Below, piece after piece: positions 39,219-52,200 of a stretch of DNA of 64,000 nt. The stretch spans positions 5,458,001 through 5,522,000 of the forward strand of contig CM119373.1 of the NCBI GenBank assembly GCA_051294905.1. The letters run 5' to 3'. Both the position numbers and the translations under genes were made by a program. The notes below the pieces were generated by a model. The model made no database searches. It worked only from the letters and a program-made list of their open reading frames with translations, and was not told the DNA's origin. This DNA is from Botryllus schlosseri (lineage: Eukaryota). Position 1 is the stretch's first letter; each line of letters starts with the position of its first letter.

Positions 39219-39889
39219 AACTAGAGCAAGTTTGCATTTACCCATCATATCGTAATAGCAGTCCACGGCGTGAAAAAGTGGGCTTCAACGGTTTTGAGCG
39301 TTAGACCTGTTTTAGCAGACCACCGTAAAACTGTCTTGATAAAATACATGAACGACGAGACGAAAAACTCCAATGTTAATGAGTGCAAAATGCACATTCT
39401 TTAGGCGTCGCATCCTGTCTGCTCAGATTTTGGACTCTGTAAACCTTGCGTATCACTCTTGTATTCAGTCAAAATCAAGCAACCCAAATCGATAAATAAA
39501 TAATGTTAGCTTAGGTTTTCATTTGAGACTACTAAGAATGCAAGCGAGATTCGCAACAATGTTTGCTCGACGTCGCTCGATGGAATGAAGAGCGAGACAA
39601 CAGTAACGAGGACAATTTTTAGCACACACTAGCGAAAAGACAATTTAACAGTAACCAAACAATCAAATCGACTATAAGCGTACAATTGCAATTATTAGAA
39701 AAAGCGAATTACGATATGATTCCTCTAAAAACGACATCAAATAAAGGATAGAAAAAACATGTGGAACCACAAACAAAATTGTCCGCTTTTTTGAAATAGT
39801 ATTGGTATTTCTCGTTCAATTCGCAGTATCATTACTTAAAATTCTAATTAGTTTCAGTGCTTTTGTCTCGAAAACATACATGTTGAAGT

Positions 39890-40822
39890 CAGTGTTGGGA
39901 TCAAGTCACTATATACCTTCGAGTCACGAGTCATTTCGAGTCATTGCACATTTTGACTCGAGTCAAGTCAAGTCAATCGATTTTTGGAGGTGACTCGAGT
40001 CAAGTCGAGTCAAGTCAAGTCAAGTCACGAGTCAAGTCACAATTCAAGTCAAGTTGCCTGTTCGAAGCACAAGGCATGCTTACGTCATTGCATTTTGCTA
40101 GCTGTCAGAAATAAAGATTGTTGGTCATTGATTCTGGACTCATGAACGAATATAGAGTTAACTATAAACGCAAGAAGGCACTTTATTGCTCACATATACG
40201 TAGAAATGCTAAACTACATAAGTAATAGCATAGCCTCGGATTATAGTTACCAGTCAAAATAGAGAATAGAGAAACGAATTGATAAGATGCAATACACTAC
40301 CCAGTTACAAATTGACACAATTCGGGCCTGCGCTAATGGCTGTGGACTATATAAACTATATTATAATTCAATTTCAATAAAACGAGTTTGGTTAAGTTAA
40401 GAACAGAGAACAGAAATAGACATTTTGCTATTAAATTACTTTACTATAGTAGTTTACGACAGCGTAAGCTGTAAGCTTCGATCACTTCGTTTCCGATCAA
40501 TATATTTGCGTGAGAACAATGGAGGTTCAGGAAAAAGCACAATCATTGAATGATTTGTCGCTCTCACGGGTTACACCAGCGTTTCGCGTACAATCCGAAC
40601 ATATGCAAGACACAATGATTTTTATCGACATCGATTGCTTGATGACTCGAAATTGACTCGTGAATTTTGCTCCGAGTCACGAGTCAATCCGCATTTCTGA
40701 TACGCCGAGTCAAGTCAAGTCAAGTCATTTTAGCAAGGTGACTCGAGTCAAGTCAAGTCATACGAAAAAGGTGACTCGAGTCTGACTCGAGTCAAGTCAT
40801 GACTCGAGTCATCCCAACACTG
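39890..40822. mobile_element. hAT-type MITE, right copy (933 bp, uninterrupted)
   Basis: TIR CAGTGTTGGGAT. Its own flanks GTTGAAGT/ATGCATTG do not match each other. Confidence 0.9.
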
Positions 40823-41297
40823 ATGCATTGTAGAATGACAGCCTAGCAAGCAGCACTTGAGCAGGTGTCTTTACGATTCGAAAATTATCCTAAATCTAAC
40901 ACTTACCAAACACAAGCTTTAACCTACATGCTCAAGTGTTTGACTTCCTCATGCTCAAGGGTCGTATCCTATTATGTCGCTTGCTCATCATATGTCCGCG
41001 TACCGTTTTTTATGTCGTTGCACGTTGCACCTATGTTTCAAATGAGTTGGTGCTTTTTGCAATAAAATTCGTTTTCGTTTCAAGTTCTGCGTCATTGTTG
41101 AACACGTCTGGGTTAGTTGTTTTAATTTCGAGCTCTGTGGCAATATTAAACACGACAGCGTTACCTAAAACGCGAAAATGCGTGACACGCAATACGAAAC
41201 GCAATCAGGCGGTGAAAATCGACTCACTTTTGGCGTTTTGTTTTCCGTCTCATAAACGCCAATGAAATTGAGAGTGTAGCATCTTATCAAATACGTC

Positions 41298-41444
41298 GGA
41301 GCCGGAGCTACTCCTCAAATAACGGGCTCCAGCTCCGGCTCCGGCTGAATTTTATGTAGAGCTCCGGCTCCGGCTTCAGCTCCGGTGAAAATGCACGGCT
41401 CCGGGGCTCCGGCTCCGGGCTCCGGCTCCGGCTCCAAAGCCCTG
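41298..41444. repeat. (CTCCGG)n array forming a MITE end (..AAAGCCCTG)
   Basis: Visible tandem hexamers ending in a CTG terminus. Confidence 0.7.
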
Positions 41445-43259
41445 CGGCCAATACCGACATTTCACTGTAATTTCACAGAATTGTGAGGTACCCACCCTTT
41501 TGGGATTTCGTACGATTGGTACTGGTACTTGAAAATGCGATCAGAAACTGCTCAAAGTGAGGATTAGTATATTATGAATGCGAAACATTCGATATCACCA
41601 AATATAGTTATATAAAGTGAGTTTAACAAGACTTTTACTGGAAACTGAGCAGTCAACATAATGACTTGGACTCCGACTCGAGTCATAATACTATGACTCG
41701 GACTTGACCCTCTGTTCGATGACTTGTGGACTCGGACTTGACTCGATGGTTGGTTAAGCACCAGCGTCACGACATCAGTGGCAGTTGTTCAAATCCCGGT
41801 TCGGACCAACTTCTATGTGTTGGAGGTTTCTCTCGGCTCCTCATCGCCGACCTCACTGTAGTTGCAGTGCGTTGAAAAGTGCAGACTGATAGCGAGTCGT
41901 GCTACAACTCGGTAGCAAAGATCACGACGGGTACGCATGGATGCGAGAGAGACTGGAGTCTGAATCAGTGAAAGATTGAAGAAGTCCTCCCCAAGATGAC
42001 CTCGCACAAATACTTATGAGCATTACAAACAATCGTGTGGTGGTGTACATAGCCTGAAAAAGGCGAGGAGCCCACTGCAAAAAGTGAAATATTAAGAATA
42101 ATAAAACTATCTACATATAATATATATGTACGTATAGAAATTTCGTAGTTCGACTTATTTGTAAGCAAATTCCACGCAATAATGTACTGAGAAATTAAGA
42201 GAATTGCTAATAGTAATCTTGATCTTGTTATTTACCGTCCCAATGGGGGGGTCTCTGGTTCCAAAAATAACGCAAGTGGGAACGAAGCAAAAATGTTTGG
42301 CAACCACCGAGGTGACAAACCTAATTATTTTTTCTGCCAACAACGCATGTCTGATTACCCCGCAATTCTGGAATGGCGGCTCTCGAACAATAAATCTGAC
42401 CTACGGTTATCGATGAAAGACGATCTTGCGGAGATAATCGTATTTCTTATCGATGTATTTAAGATTAGGCTTGGCAATAACCAAAATTATTCTCATACAC
42501 TTGTGTCCGCTAATTCATATTTTGATTTAAACTTATTTCAATAGTAACACGAGTATGCATATACCTCATGAATATTAGCAACACATTCTAGTGATATTTA
42601 AAAAGAGCAATACTTCCAATATGTTTCCGATATAGAATACGGCAAAGGAATAATCACAACTGGCACGAATCAATAACTCAAATAAAAAGATTGATTAACA
42701 TAATAAGAATATTAACTACCCCTATATAATAATCATATTTGATGTCCTTTTGTGCCAATGCCGTAATGAACGGTGCGTGATATAGTCACGCGCCACAACT
42801 CGATGCGTCAAGCGAACACATTCCACATTGCGTTAGTCACCGTCACACCAAGTTTGCGATTTAGTTTTATATGTTAATCACCACCGATTCTAAAATGCCT
42901 CAAGTTGCAATAAGATCATGAATAATAAATAGCATCACCATAATCGGGGTGCAAAAACGATGACACGCGCTCCTAGTATAGTTCCAGCAACTGTTATAAG
43001 TTGGTTATAAATATATTACACTGTTTTATTGTTTGCGCCGGTACTTCTATGGGTCATATTTACCTATTTCGGGGCGCAAAATTCGAATCTGGCCTTAGTT
43101 TTGTTCTATCTCATCACGTTTTCAAGATAACATATGTGTCGAATATTATTACTACTTTTTCGGGGTAAAGTAGATTTGGCCTAATTGCAGTAGCTACTGA
43201 AGTAGTTATGTTTTCAAGCTACTTCTACTTCTACTTGAACAGTATTTCGGACGACCTAT

Positions 43260-43430
43260 TTTTATCAGACACCGCTTACACGGATGAGATGACGAGGAGG
43301 AGACTAGACAAAACTTCAACACTTATATACGAATTCTGGAGTCGACATTGGTCGGACTCGGACTCCCGCAACCCGCAACCCGCAACCCATTGTTGTTTCA
43401 GCTATGGATAATACCAACGGTGTCTCGCCA
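43260..43430 (-). mobile_element. Degenerate 5' part of the tRNA-SINE family of 3294-3563
   Basis: GGTCGGACTCG..CCCGCAACCCATTG..CAGC match. Confidence 0.65.
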
Positions 43431-43479
43431 CTAGTTCGCTCATTTAGATGTTTGTGAATAGTCGTACATGTTAACTGTC

Positions 43480-43960
43480 GACATTAGGATTTTAGATTAT
43501 TTATTAACCACATATTTGAACTGCTGCAAATTTTGTGCCAAGCGTGCTATAGATCACCTACACAAGTACAATATGGTAGTAGGTAGCATCAATTACTGAA
43601 TATCAGCATAATTTTAATTCACCCATATCGGAACAGGTCGCGGTGTCACTGGTCTCGTAAAATTGGTATGATCGATGATAATAGTTACCAAAAGTAAATT
43701 TCGAAAGTTAATTGTTGACAATATGATTTTAGATTTTCTAATAACCACATATTTAAAATGTTCAACCCTTCGTGCAAAACATGAGATATGTAGATCACGT
43801 TGATTAGTACAATATGGAAGTAGGTAGCATCATACTACTCAATATCAGCATGATTTCAATTTACTCATATCGGAACAGGTCACCGTGTCACTATAGTATG
43901 AGTCTCCTGCAATTGTTATGATTGATAACAATAGTTTAACAAAAGTTAAATTTCGAAAGT
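43480..43960. repeat. Diverged two-copy tandem duplication of about 240 bp
   Basis: GATTTTAGATT..TAACCACATATTT..AGTAGGTAGCATC..CATATCGGAACAGGTC..AAATTTCGAAAGTT occurs twice. Confidence 0.85.
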
Positions 43961-45641
43961 TCGCACGCGGAAATGCATTGCGTTATGAATGATCTCGCGC
44001 ATCGCAGCCTATCCTAGTCATACCAATGTATTCAGTTCATGTCAACACCCAAATACAATTTAGATTGCAGCATAAGGAAATGCCATTTAAGCCATTGACT
44101 GACGACGGACCCTTTGAAGTCATGATACAAAGGTAATTCCGCGTAAATGTGTCGCTTATATTGAAAATCGTTCAAATCAAGCCGAAATACGACGCAGGAA
44201 GTCGGAGAAATGGCTGGGTATTTATTACTCTTTGCTGGATTGACCTGGATCTTCTTGCTTATAGACGTATGCTGCTCTTCTGGTATGTATTAACCGGCGA
44301 CCTGTATGATTATGGACAATATATATTAGTGATATTGCGAACCTCAGGAAATTTCCGATTCGTGCGAATGCGAACCTTTTTGAAAGGTTCTGTGTGAACT
44401 GTGAACGCGAACGTGAACCTTTGACGTCACGTGATGTCATACTGCTAATGCCATACCTAAATTTCAATGAAGTGATATATTAATGTACATTGTACACGAT
44501 ACCTACTGACGACTCAGGCCGCATTGTGCCACAATGCAGACGAGCATGCATGCATTTTAAACGTCACCAAATGCATCAACTGGAACAATCAAATGCTCTC
44601 CTAATCCCATAAAATCAATGTCACCGGCTCTTTGCCAACAACTTCGTAGAGGACTTGCAGGGCCAGACGGGACAATGCATTCGCCGTCTGGCTATTGACA
44701 CATTGATATTAGCAGAGTGTAAAAATCATTTCTATACTTGCTACCGATATTTCCCCATAAACAAGTTATACAGTAGACTACGCACCCCAATAGCACGGAT
44801 TTGGTTTTTACGATACAATAAACATATCGATCATAGATGGATGCCGTACGTCTGCTAAATTGTTTTTACATTAGACAACGATGCATTCTTTATACCAATT
44901 TCATTAATTGATTGATAAAGCATCAATTGATGACTACGTACATGTAGCGCATTTCGTTCTTGCTGTCGCGTGATTGCGGGCAAACCTCAAAACAAACGGA
45001 AAGCGGAATATTTCGAGCGGACTTTTGTAACAAAGTAGGAGGAAGCTTTGAGATTGGCAAGGCGCATGCTCGTTTAGTGTTCATTTTTTATGCTGCCAGC
45101 GTCATGCAGAGAGTGATACGAAGTTGAAATACGAAGAATTTCAACCAAAGATGTTATAATGACGTGGAAATCTGTAATATATGAAAAAGGTTCACAGTAC
45201 AGAACCCACCAAGGTTCGACTGTGAACATAAACCTCTAACTTAGTAAGGTTCACACAAAGAACGCGAACGTGAATCTCACGTGCACACCATCCCCAACAT
45301 TTAACTCTGACATTGTGCTCCGAACTTGCTTTATGCAATATTGAATCACGCAAGAATGTCAAAAATAAAATTTGAAGTTGCATTTCCATCTTGCTGAACG
45401 TAAATCAATGATGAATGCATATGCTTTGGGACTCGAATTAGACCACCACGTATCAATTTTGTTGTTGCGGTCCTATACTGTGATCAAATAGTTGCAGAGC
45501 TTTCATTCACTTTTTTAATTGGATTAAAATAGAATAATAATTTATTGATACAATATCGATTTATAATCTTGATGCGGCCATTTCTCAAGTCATGTACTTC
45601 CGCAAAGTCTCACTCAAGTCAACCTTTTAATATTTATTCAG

Positions 45642-45700
45642 ATGGCTTTTGCTCCAGAAGCTACATCAATGGACATTGGACCTCAGCAGGGAATTGTGGC
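45642..45700 (+). CDS. Orphan 59-nt exon (GFCSRSYINGHWTSAGNCG) homologous to FReD exon 2, parent gene uncertain
   Basis: tttattcAG acceptor and GTTAGT donor. Same length, phase (1-0) and Cys/Tyr/Asn-Gly/Trp pattern as 30969-31027. Confidence 0.7.
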
Positions 45701-47051
45701 GTTAGTATCCCCCATGTTTCATTTTTTTTTCATCAATAGTGCATAAAGTCACAATTTCTCATGAGCTTCAGACTACTCCATTTCCAGCACTACAATCTCG
45801 CATATTATACCATGATTTTGCAGTACATCATTGCATACCAATAAACTACGATCATGCGTGACTGACGCATTCTAAACGAACATTGCGTACCGGACACCAC
45901 CGTCCCATGGGCTGTATTTAGAGTCATCAGCACGACATCTGGTACCAATTTCGCTGTCACACTATTTTGAGTCGATGTAAAAAAGTAAATGCCCGATTTC
46001 GAATGCAGATATATCGAGGGGTAAGGAGGCGCAAACGTGGTAACGCAAACGTTTTTTTCGTGATGTATGAAATTGTGTACTTCTAAAGCTGTGCTCATCA
46101 GTATTAGTCCCTTCTTCCAGGACGGAACAGCGCTTGAAGATATTATGGCCAATTTGAAAACGCTATCGGAAGAAGAAATTTCTTCGACCACGCATTCAGG
46201 TAATTTCGCCATTTCTTGAGTTAACATATACCGAGGATACTAGGGAAGTATTTCCATCGGTGACATTGTACCACTTCCATCACGATTTGCCGCATACACG
46301 TGTGTCAAACGTGGATAAAGCTATTTCCGATCCCTTTTTTTGAAACTTACCAGTTTTAACTGATTTTCTCTTCCTTTATCTTTTGACATCTCCAAAGGAG
46401 TTGATACAGCGGACGAACAACCCAAGTAGCACCTTGTTTCTTGGACTTTGAATAACCAGAAAGTTATTGTTCAGAACGATGTACGGAACGATATGGCCCA
46501 TCGGACACGGTGAATATGGAAGAAGTTTCGACAAAAACCACTGTTGGTGGGATTACCACAGGCAAGTCGTAACAATAACCGCCTAAAAATAATTGTCTGG
46601 CCGTCTACACATAATCGAATTAGCAAGTGTTGGCGACAGCAATTTGAATTTACGAAAGTACTCCCAGATTGTTGAGATATACGATGACGCGATTTACGGT
46701 GACTTGATTTGTCTGTGGAAACATTGCAATATCCCGCCATACAAATGCATGACGAAGAAAAAAATGTGTGCCCATAAAATACAAATTTGGAATCGTGTGC
46801 GTCTCATAATGAAGGTTTTCGTGGTATATCCTACCTTTGAGCTTTTCTAATATAAATTTCAACCAAACCAAAATCTTTACGAGAGTTCAAGAAACAACAG
46901 CATGCAACAAAGTGATTAATAAAAACTCACGGATTCATCACCATTAAATATGTGCCCGTAATTGTCGAAGAGAACCCCGCCTGGGGTAGGGCGAACCAAC
47001 AAATTCTCTGGTCAGACTCCGATCCGACGACTACTTGGTAATGTACTTGAA

Positions 47052-47330
47052 GCTGGCAAAATAGCGTATGGGTATGATCCACAGCTTAAACAACGATGCG
47101 TTGCGGGTACGAGTGCAACCGAGGCCGACTCCAGAATTCTCACCTGTATAAGTGTTTAAGGTTTATCTCTAGGCTCTTCCTTGCCATCTAATCCGTGCAA
47201 GCAATGTCTTAACAACGCTTGGAAGTGGACCATGCTACAAGTCGGCAAATAAGGTATCATAATGAAGACAATCGGCCTGGTGTAAATAACAATTGTAGTC
47301 GACAAACACCATGAAAAACACAAACAAAGA
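47052..47330 (+). mobile_element. Degenerate full-length tRNA-SINE copy
   Basis: GGCAAAATAGCG head through GTAGTCGACAAACACCATGAAAAACACAAACAAA tail. Confidence 0.75.
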
Positions 47331-49288
47331 AACTTTAAATGACCGAAATCTGGACCGAATAACTGCGATAATAATCATCTACGATTTCAGGTTATATATT
47401 GTATATTGTAACAAAAGAAACATGACAATAAATACTCTCAGACTTTCATTCGCTGCTACTGCCGTTTGGTTTGGAGTTACAACAGCCATATGCTCATCAA
47501 CAGCCCCAATACCGATTCTGACCGTAAAAAGTGCGAATCAACCTTTGATATGACTCCGATCCGGCTCCGAGAAAAATACGACCGGGTAACCGGTCTGGCT
47601 CCGATACATATCCCGCTCTACCCCATCCATCAGCTCTGCCGGTGAATTTGATTACGTGGTTTGAGACAAAAAATATTTGATAGCAATATGTGCAACTACC
47701 AATATAATCATTCATCAATTTGAAAAGGTTTCTTGCGATTTCAGTGCCTATAATAAGGCAGCGGCATGTCAAAAGAAAACAGTGATGGTACAAAAATTAC
47801 AAGAGCTATCCGCTACGCGAAATCCTCTATAGTGGCAACTTAAGATGGATAATTTGCGCCCTGCTGGTCCATTACGTCTGTCCACTGGAACGCCGCCGTA
47901 AGCTATATATATAATCGAAATGCGGCCGTTAATAGCAGACAGATTGTACACTGTTCAAAAATAACTATTTTTCCCCGATTTCAGCCATTCACTGATTAAA
48001 TTGTCAGGTTACCTGAAAAACGCTGCACACCAAATTTGGTTCAATTTTAACAAGTAAGGACTCCGCAGATCCAATTAAAATTGTTAATTTCTTGGCAAAA
48101 CAAAAAAAATTCAAATTTTTCTGCCAACCCCATGAAATTGTTGAGCTGTCTTCAAAGACGATGCAGAACAAATTTGACTCAATTCCAACCAGTAGAAGCG
48201 GAGTTATTTTTCTTTGATAATCCTCGGATTATTCACCAATCAAGCGTCACCATCCTCGAATCAATAGTTAAAGTGAAACGTTCATGGAAATAAACCACAT
48301 GCTAAGTCCAAGTTGGTATAATTACTTCAAATAAGGGTTGGGCTAGATCTTTGAGTTTTTAATTTCATGTTTGCATTGCTTCAATCAATATTTAATACCA
48401 TCCTGTAAGTTGATTAATATTATCGGAGTTTTGCAGACCGGATCACGGCCATTTCTAGAATCCGGCCTAGGAGTCGGACCATTTAACTTTAAAACAGGAT
48501 GGGAGTAGGACTGGAGTATTTGTCGATCCGGCCCGCATTAGTCACGAGATAGATTTAGAGTGATATTTTATGATGTGGGGTAGTGGAAAAAGTAGGGTTA
48601 CCATATTTGGGGGTTCAAATTCCGAGCACCATATTAGCCCCCATTGGCGGATAACACATTGTCTGTCATAGGACGTCACACTATTAAAGCTCTTCCTATC
48701 GACCAGAGATCCACACTAGCATACATCCGGAGTTTTTCAACCCTTTATGGACGCGACTGCGTTTCTAATTTGTAAAATGATTGCATTTTGGCAATGGCGG
48801 TGGTTTGCATATTAAGTGTGTCGCGCGAAATCGCGTCGATCTAGCCCAAATCTATCCGAAAATGATTTTGTTTATGTTCATTTACGAGAAATATCCGAGC
48901 CTATATCAAGTCATCATATTTCTGGATATTTACGCATAGTTTAGAATTTTCTCCCGGACGCAGTTTGAACGGTGAAATTCTAAACATGTCTGGAAATTCC
49001 GGACGTATGGCAACCCGAGGCAAAAGCCGGGGTAAGGGTATGGGGTCGCCATTGCAGCATACCATTCCAGACTCTCAATTGGATAGCTATATTGAAGTTT
49101 GTATATTTCGCATTGAAGTTTCAAGTAATAATATTATAACAGTGAAATCGCGAACATTGCGGAAATCACAGCACAAGATCTATCGTATACGAGTTTATAT
49201 TGGACGATTTAAACATGATTGTGATATGTAATAATGGCGGTGTGTGACTATTTCTGATTGCAGTTAAGTTGTATTTTCCTGTTTTTAG

Positions 49289-52200
49289 AGAAACCGATAG
49301 AAAGCAAAATAGTAGCTACTACAGTTGAACTGGACGGGGTTTCGACAGTTACCACCGCAGGCGACAATACTACAAGTGAGTACGGTCATATACCTATCGC
49401 CGTAGCCGGTGCGTAATAACGGATATTACATATCATCTATCGACCACACCAGGTTGAATACCATACTATTGTTTATCATTCCTTTGGACCAGTAATTATT
49501 ACCCTTTTTAGCGGTGGTATCCCTTGAACTGCCATGAAATTTTTCCCGTACCCCCTATCCACGATTGAAAAGCAGTTTTTGAAGCAGCCCCGAAAACGTT
49601 GGTTTTTGGGCTCAGTATAGGGTTTCAACACGATTTCTGTGGATTTTTGGAACAAGAGACGTAGCAGCGACTGAAGATATTAATGTCGAAGGTATCGCCA
49701 ACGTGCTGTGTTTTAGGTTCCTAAAGTTTATCACAACCGATCTCTTTGGCAATGCGGTCTACGTGGTCGCAGGTGCACCGAAACGTCATGGGTCTTGATC
49801 TTTCTGGTGCGGAAGTTACGACCAGAGCCGAAATGCCGGAGTGTGACACTTCCGCACCAGTAGATTTCCCACCCCTGGACTAAAGCACCCCAACGGCTTG
49901 ATGTTTCCAGTCTCTTATAATTACGATTAATGCTAGACTCGTTTCTTTAACTTAGGTTTTATTTTTATTAATAGCCTACTCTTATGTTGTTGTAGGGGCT
50001 GGCATACCGAAATTTACAGAACAAATTATCTTGAAAGAAAATCGCGCGAAGCGCGATGAAAATATCCGATTTGAAGAAATTCAATGAATAATATTCCACT
50101 TTTATTATGATTTGCAAAATAATTGATATCATAAAATAGCGTACGATTTCACACTGCATCCCGTACCCATACCTTGGTGCCTCGCACCCCCATGAGCTCC
50201 ATTGACTCCTGGTTGAGAACATCTGCGTTATGCCATGTGTCAATGGGACAGGTATATGTAAGTTTAGTTGCCTCCCACAAGGAAAAGTTTTGAAATTTGA
50301 AGTGAGTGCAATATTAATCCATTAAAGTACTCACAAATGACATATTCGACCTGCGGAATAAATTGAAAGAATTGGTAAAGTATTAATTATCCATATTGAA
50401 CGAGTTGTAGGTTGTCCGATTTCAATAATCGATGTACAATTATAGTCCTCATGAACTGGCGTCATAGTATGTTGATACAGACGCTTCCTTCAAATGGCTC
50501 ATACGAAATACGTGTTCGTCATTCAAATGTAATGATTAAATAATAATATACAAAACACTTACTTAAATGCCGTTTTAAATTTGAGCAAACGTCATCATAA
50601 AACATGGCATCTCCTTTTCAGCTTGCAACGAATCAGTCTTCACATTTTCCGAGGAGAACCACCTTGATTACGTGTTGTACAATGGTACTTTACCTGAGAT
50701 GTCATCGCTCACAGTATGTGCCTGGGTTAAGCCTGACAAGGACAAAGAGTTTGTGAAAGGATCGCTCATCAGTTACTGCGAACGGCACGGAAGCGATTGC
50801 AACACATTTTTTGTGCTGCTGCACTCAAATCAGTGGCGGCTCGTGACAATATCGGGTGGTGGGGCAAGGGCTGCGAGCGACTTTTATCAACATGACGTCA
50901 CAATGGCGTTCTCCAACGTAAAAAAGTAACTTTATGATGGTCACATGAATTTCCCGAAAACAGTGATTTTAACGTAGGTGCCGCGAGAGGTTTGCCGGTG
51001 AGCCGTGACTTGAAGTGTGGTAACAAATGTTTTATTCATTTATTTTTAATCAAAGGATTATTTTACAAAATGTACGTGAACTAAGAATCGTCCCTATGCC
51101 ACGAATCAAGTATCAGGTCATCCTTAGTAGCATGCGTTTTGATTTCATGGTAGAGTTATAGATTACGCAAATCGATAGACCCTAAAATCCGACCGTCACC
51201 CCAAATTCGAAATCCGGATCCAGTCCGGCCAGGTAAAAAAACATTGAAATCCTGCTCCGGCTCCTTAACCGGACTGTGGCCATCTCTGGTTACGACCAGG
51301 TGATAATAGGCAACCAAAGCGGAGGCACCCGGCGTACGATTGGATCAATAGACTGGACAACTTCTAGACCTCTCATTTTCGCTCTAAAGGCAACTGCGTA
51401 AACTACGTACGGAATAAAGATTCAATACGATTCATGTTCGCACTTGACTTGACCTGACTAATTCCAATGACTAGAACTCGAGAGATTGCGTAAGCCTAAC
51501 TGGAAAGGTCAACGAGTTCGGACACATACGCAATTGTTATCTCATAGATTGGGCCTGTCATATTGAATCCAGAACATCAATTTGAATGGTCTTTGAAGAA
51601 CTAAGGACAGCAGCCTCGGAACTTCGGTCTCGGAACAACGTAGGACATTTTGGCCTTGAAACTGGAGACTGTGACACAACACATACGGCTTACTGTCTAT
51701 AAGTCTGCTGCGAAATCGCCGTTGGAAAATATATTAATATATAAATACATGAATAAAAGCCGTAACTTAGTATACTGTTACAAGAAATCATCGAGAAGTA
51801 GCATACGCAATCTCATAACCCATTCCGGTATGGTACACTGTCAAAATCAATGCAAACAGACGAACACCGAACTTTGAGTAAAATAGATCGAGGAATAGGC
51901 TGATCGAATGATCAGCTGTTAGCCGACATCGAAAATGAAATAGCTATCGCAATTGACAGGGGATTGTAAGCAAATGGTTTGAAGGCCACAATTTCACAGT
52001 GAAATGGACATTGGCGAACATAAAATTATGTGAATATTTGAATGCAAACCGAGAATCTTGGTCAGCTGTTTCATGCGATCATCGAGATATACCATTGGAA
52101 ATATCATCACCGATCTCGTTATGGAACGCAGACTATAGATTAGCACAGACCGACACCGGCTATTGCGTGAGATCCGCAATGACGTAGGTAGGCTAAGTAT

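Larger units (their letters stand above)
22485..40822. mobile_element. Candidate 18.3-kb composite hAT transposon carrying two FReD genes
   Basis: Outer TIRs CAGTGTTGGGAT / ATCCCAACACTG. Identical 8-mer ATGCATTG at 22477-22484 and 40823-40830. Inner flanks do not match. Confidence 0.7.

Noticed and set aside
42204..42416. Signal-peptide-like + strand ORF (LIVILILLFTV)
   Set aside because: Starts at TTG with no upstream in-frame ATG and no convincing splice path.
45805..46227. 140-aa minus-strand ORF, faintly like a decayed transposon-borne Ulp1 protease
   Set aside because: Catalytic motifs are not recoverable in one frame, so it cannot be supported without a search.
47422..47553. MTINTLRLSFAATAVWFGVTTA as first exon of pentraxin A'
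   Set aside because: Weak signal peptide, no good phase-1 donor, and it runs into repeat-like sequence.
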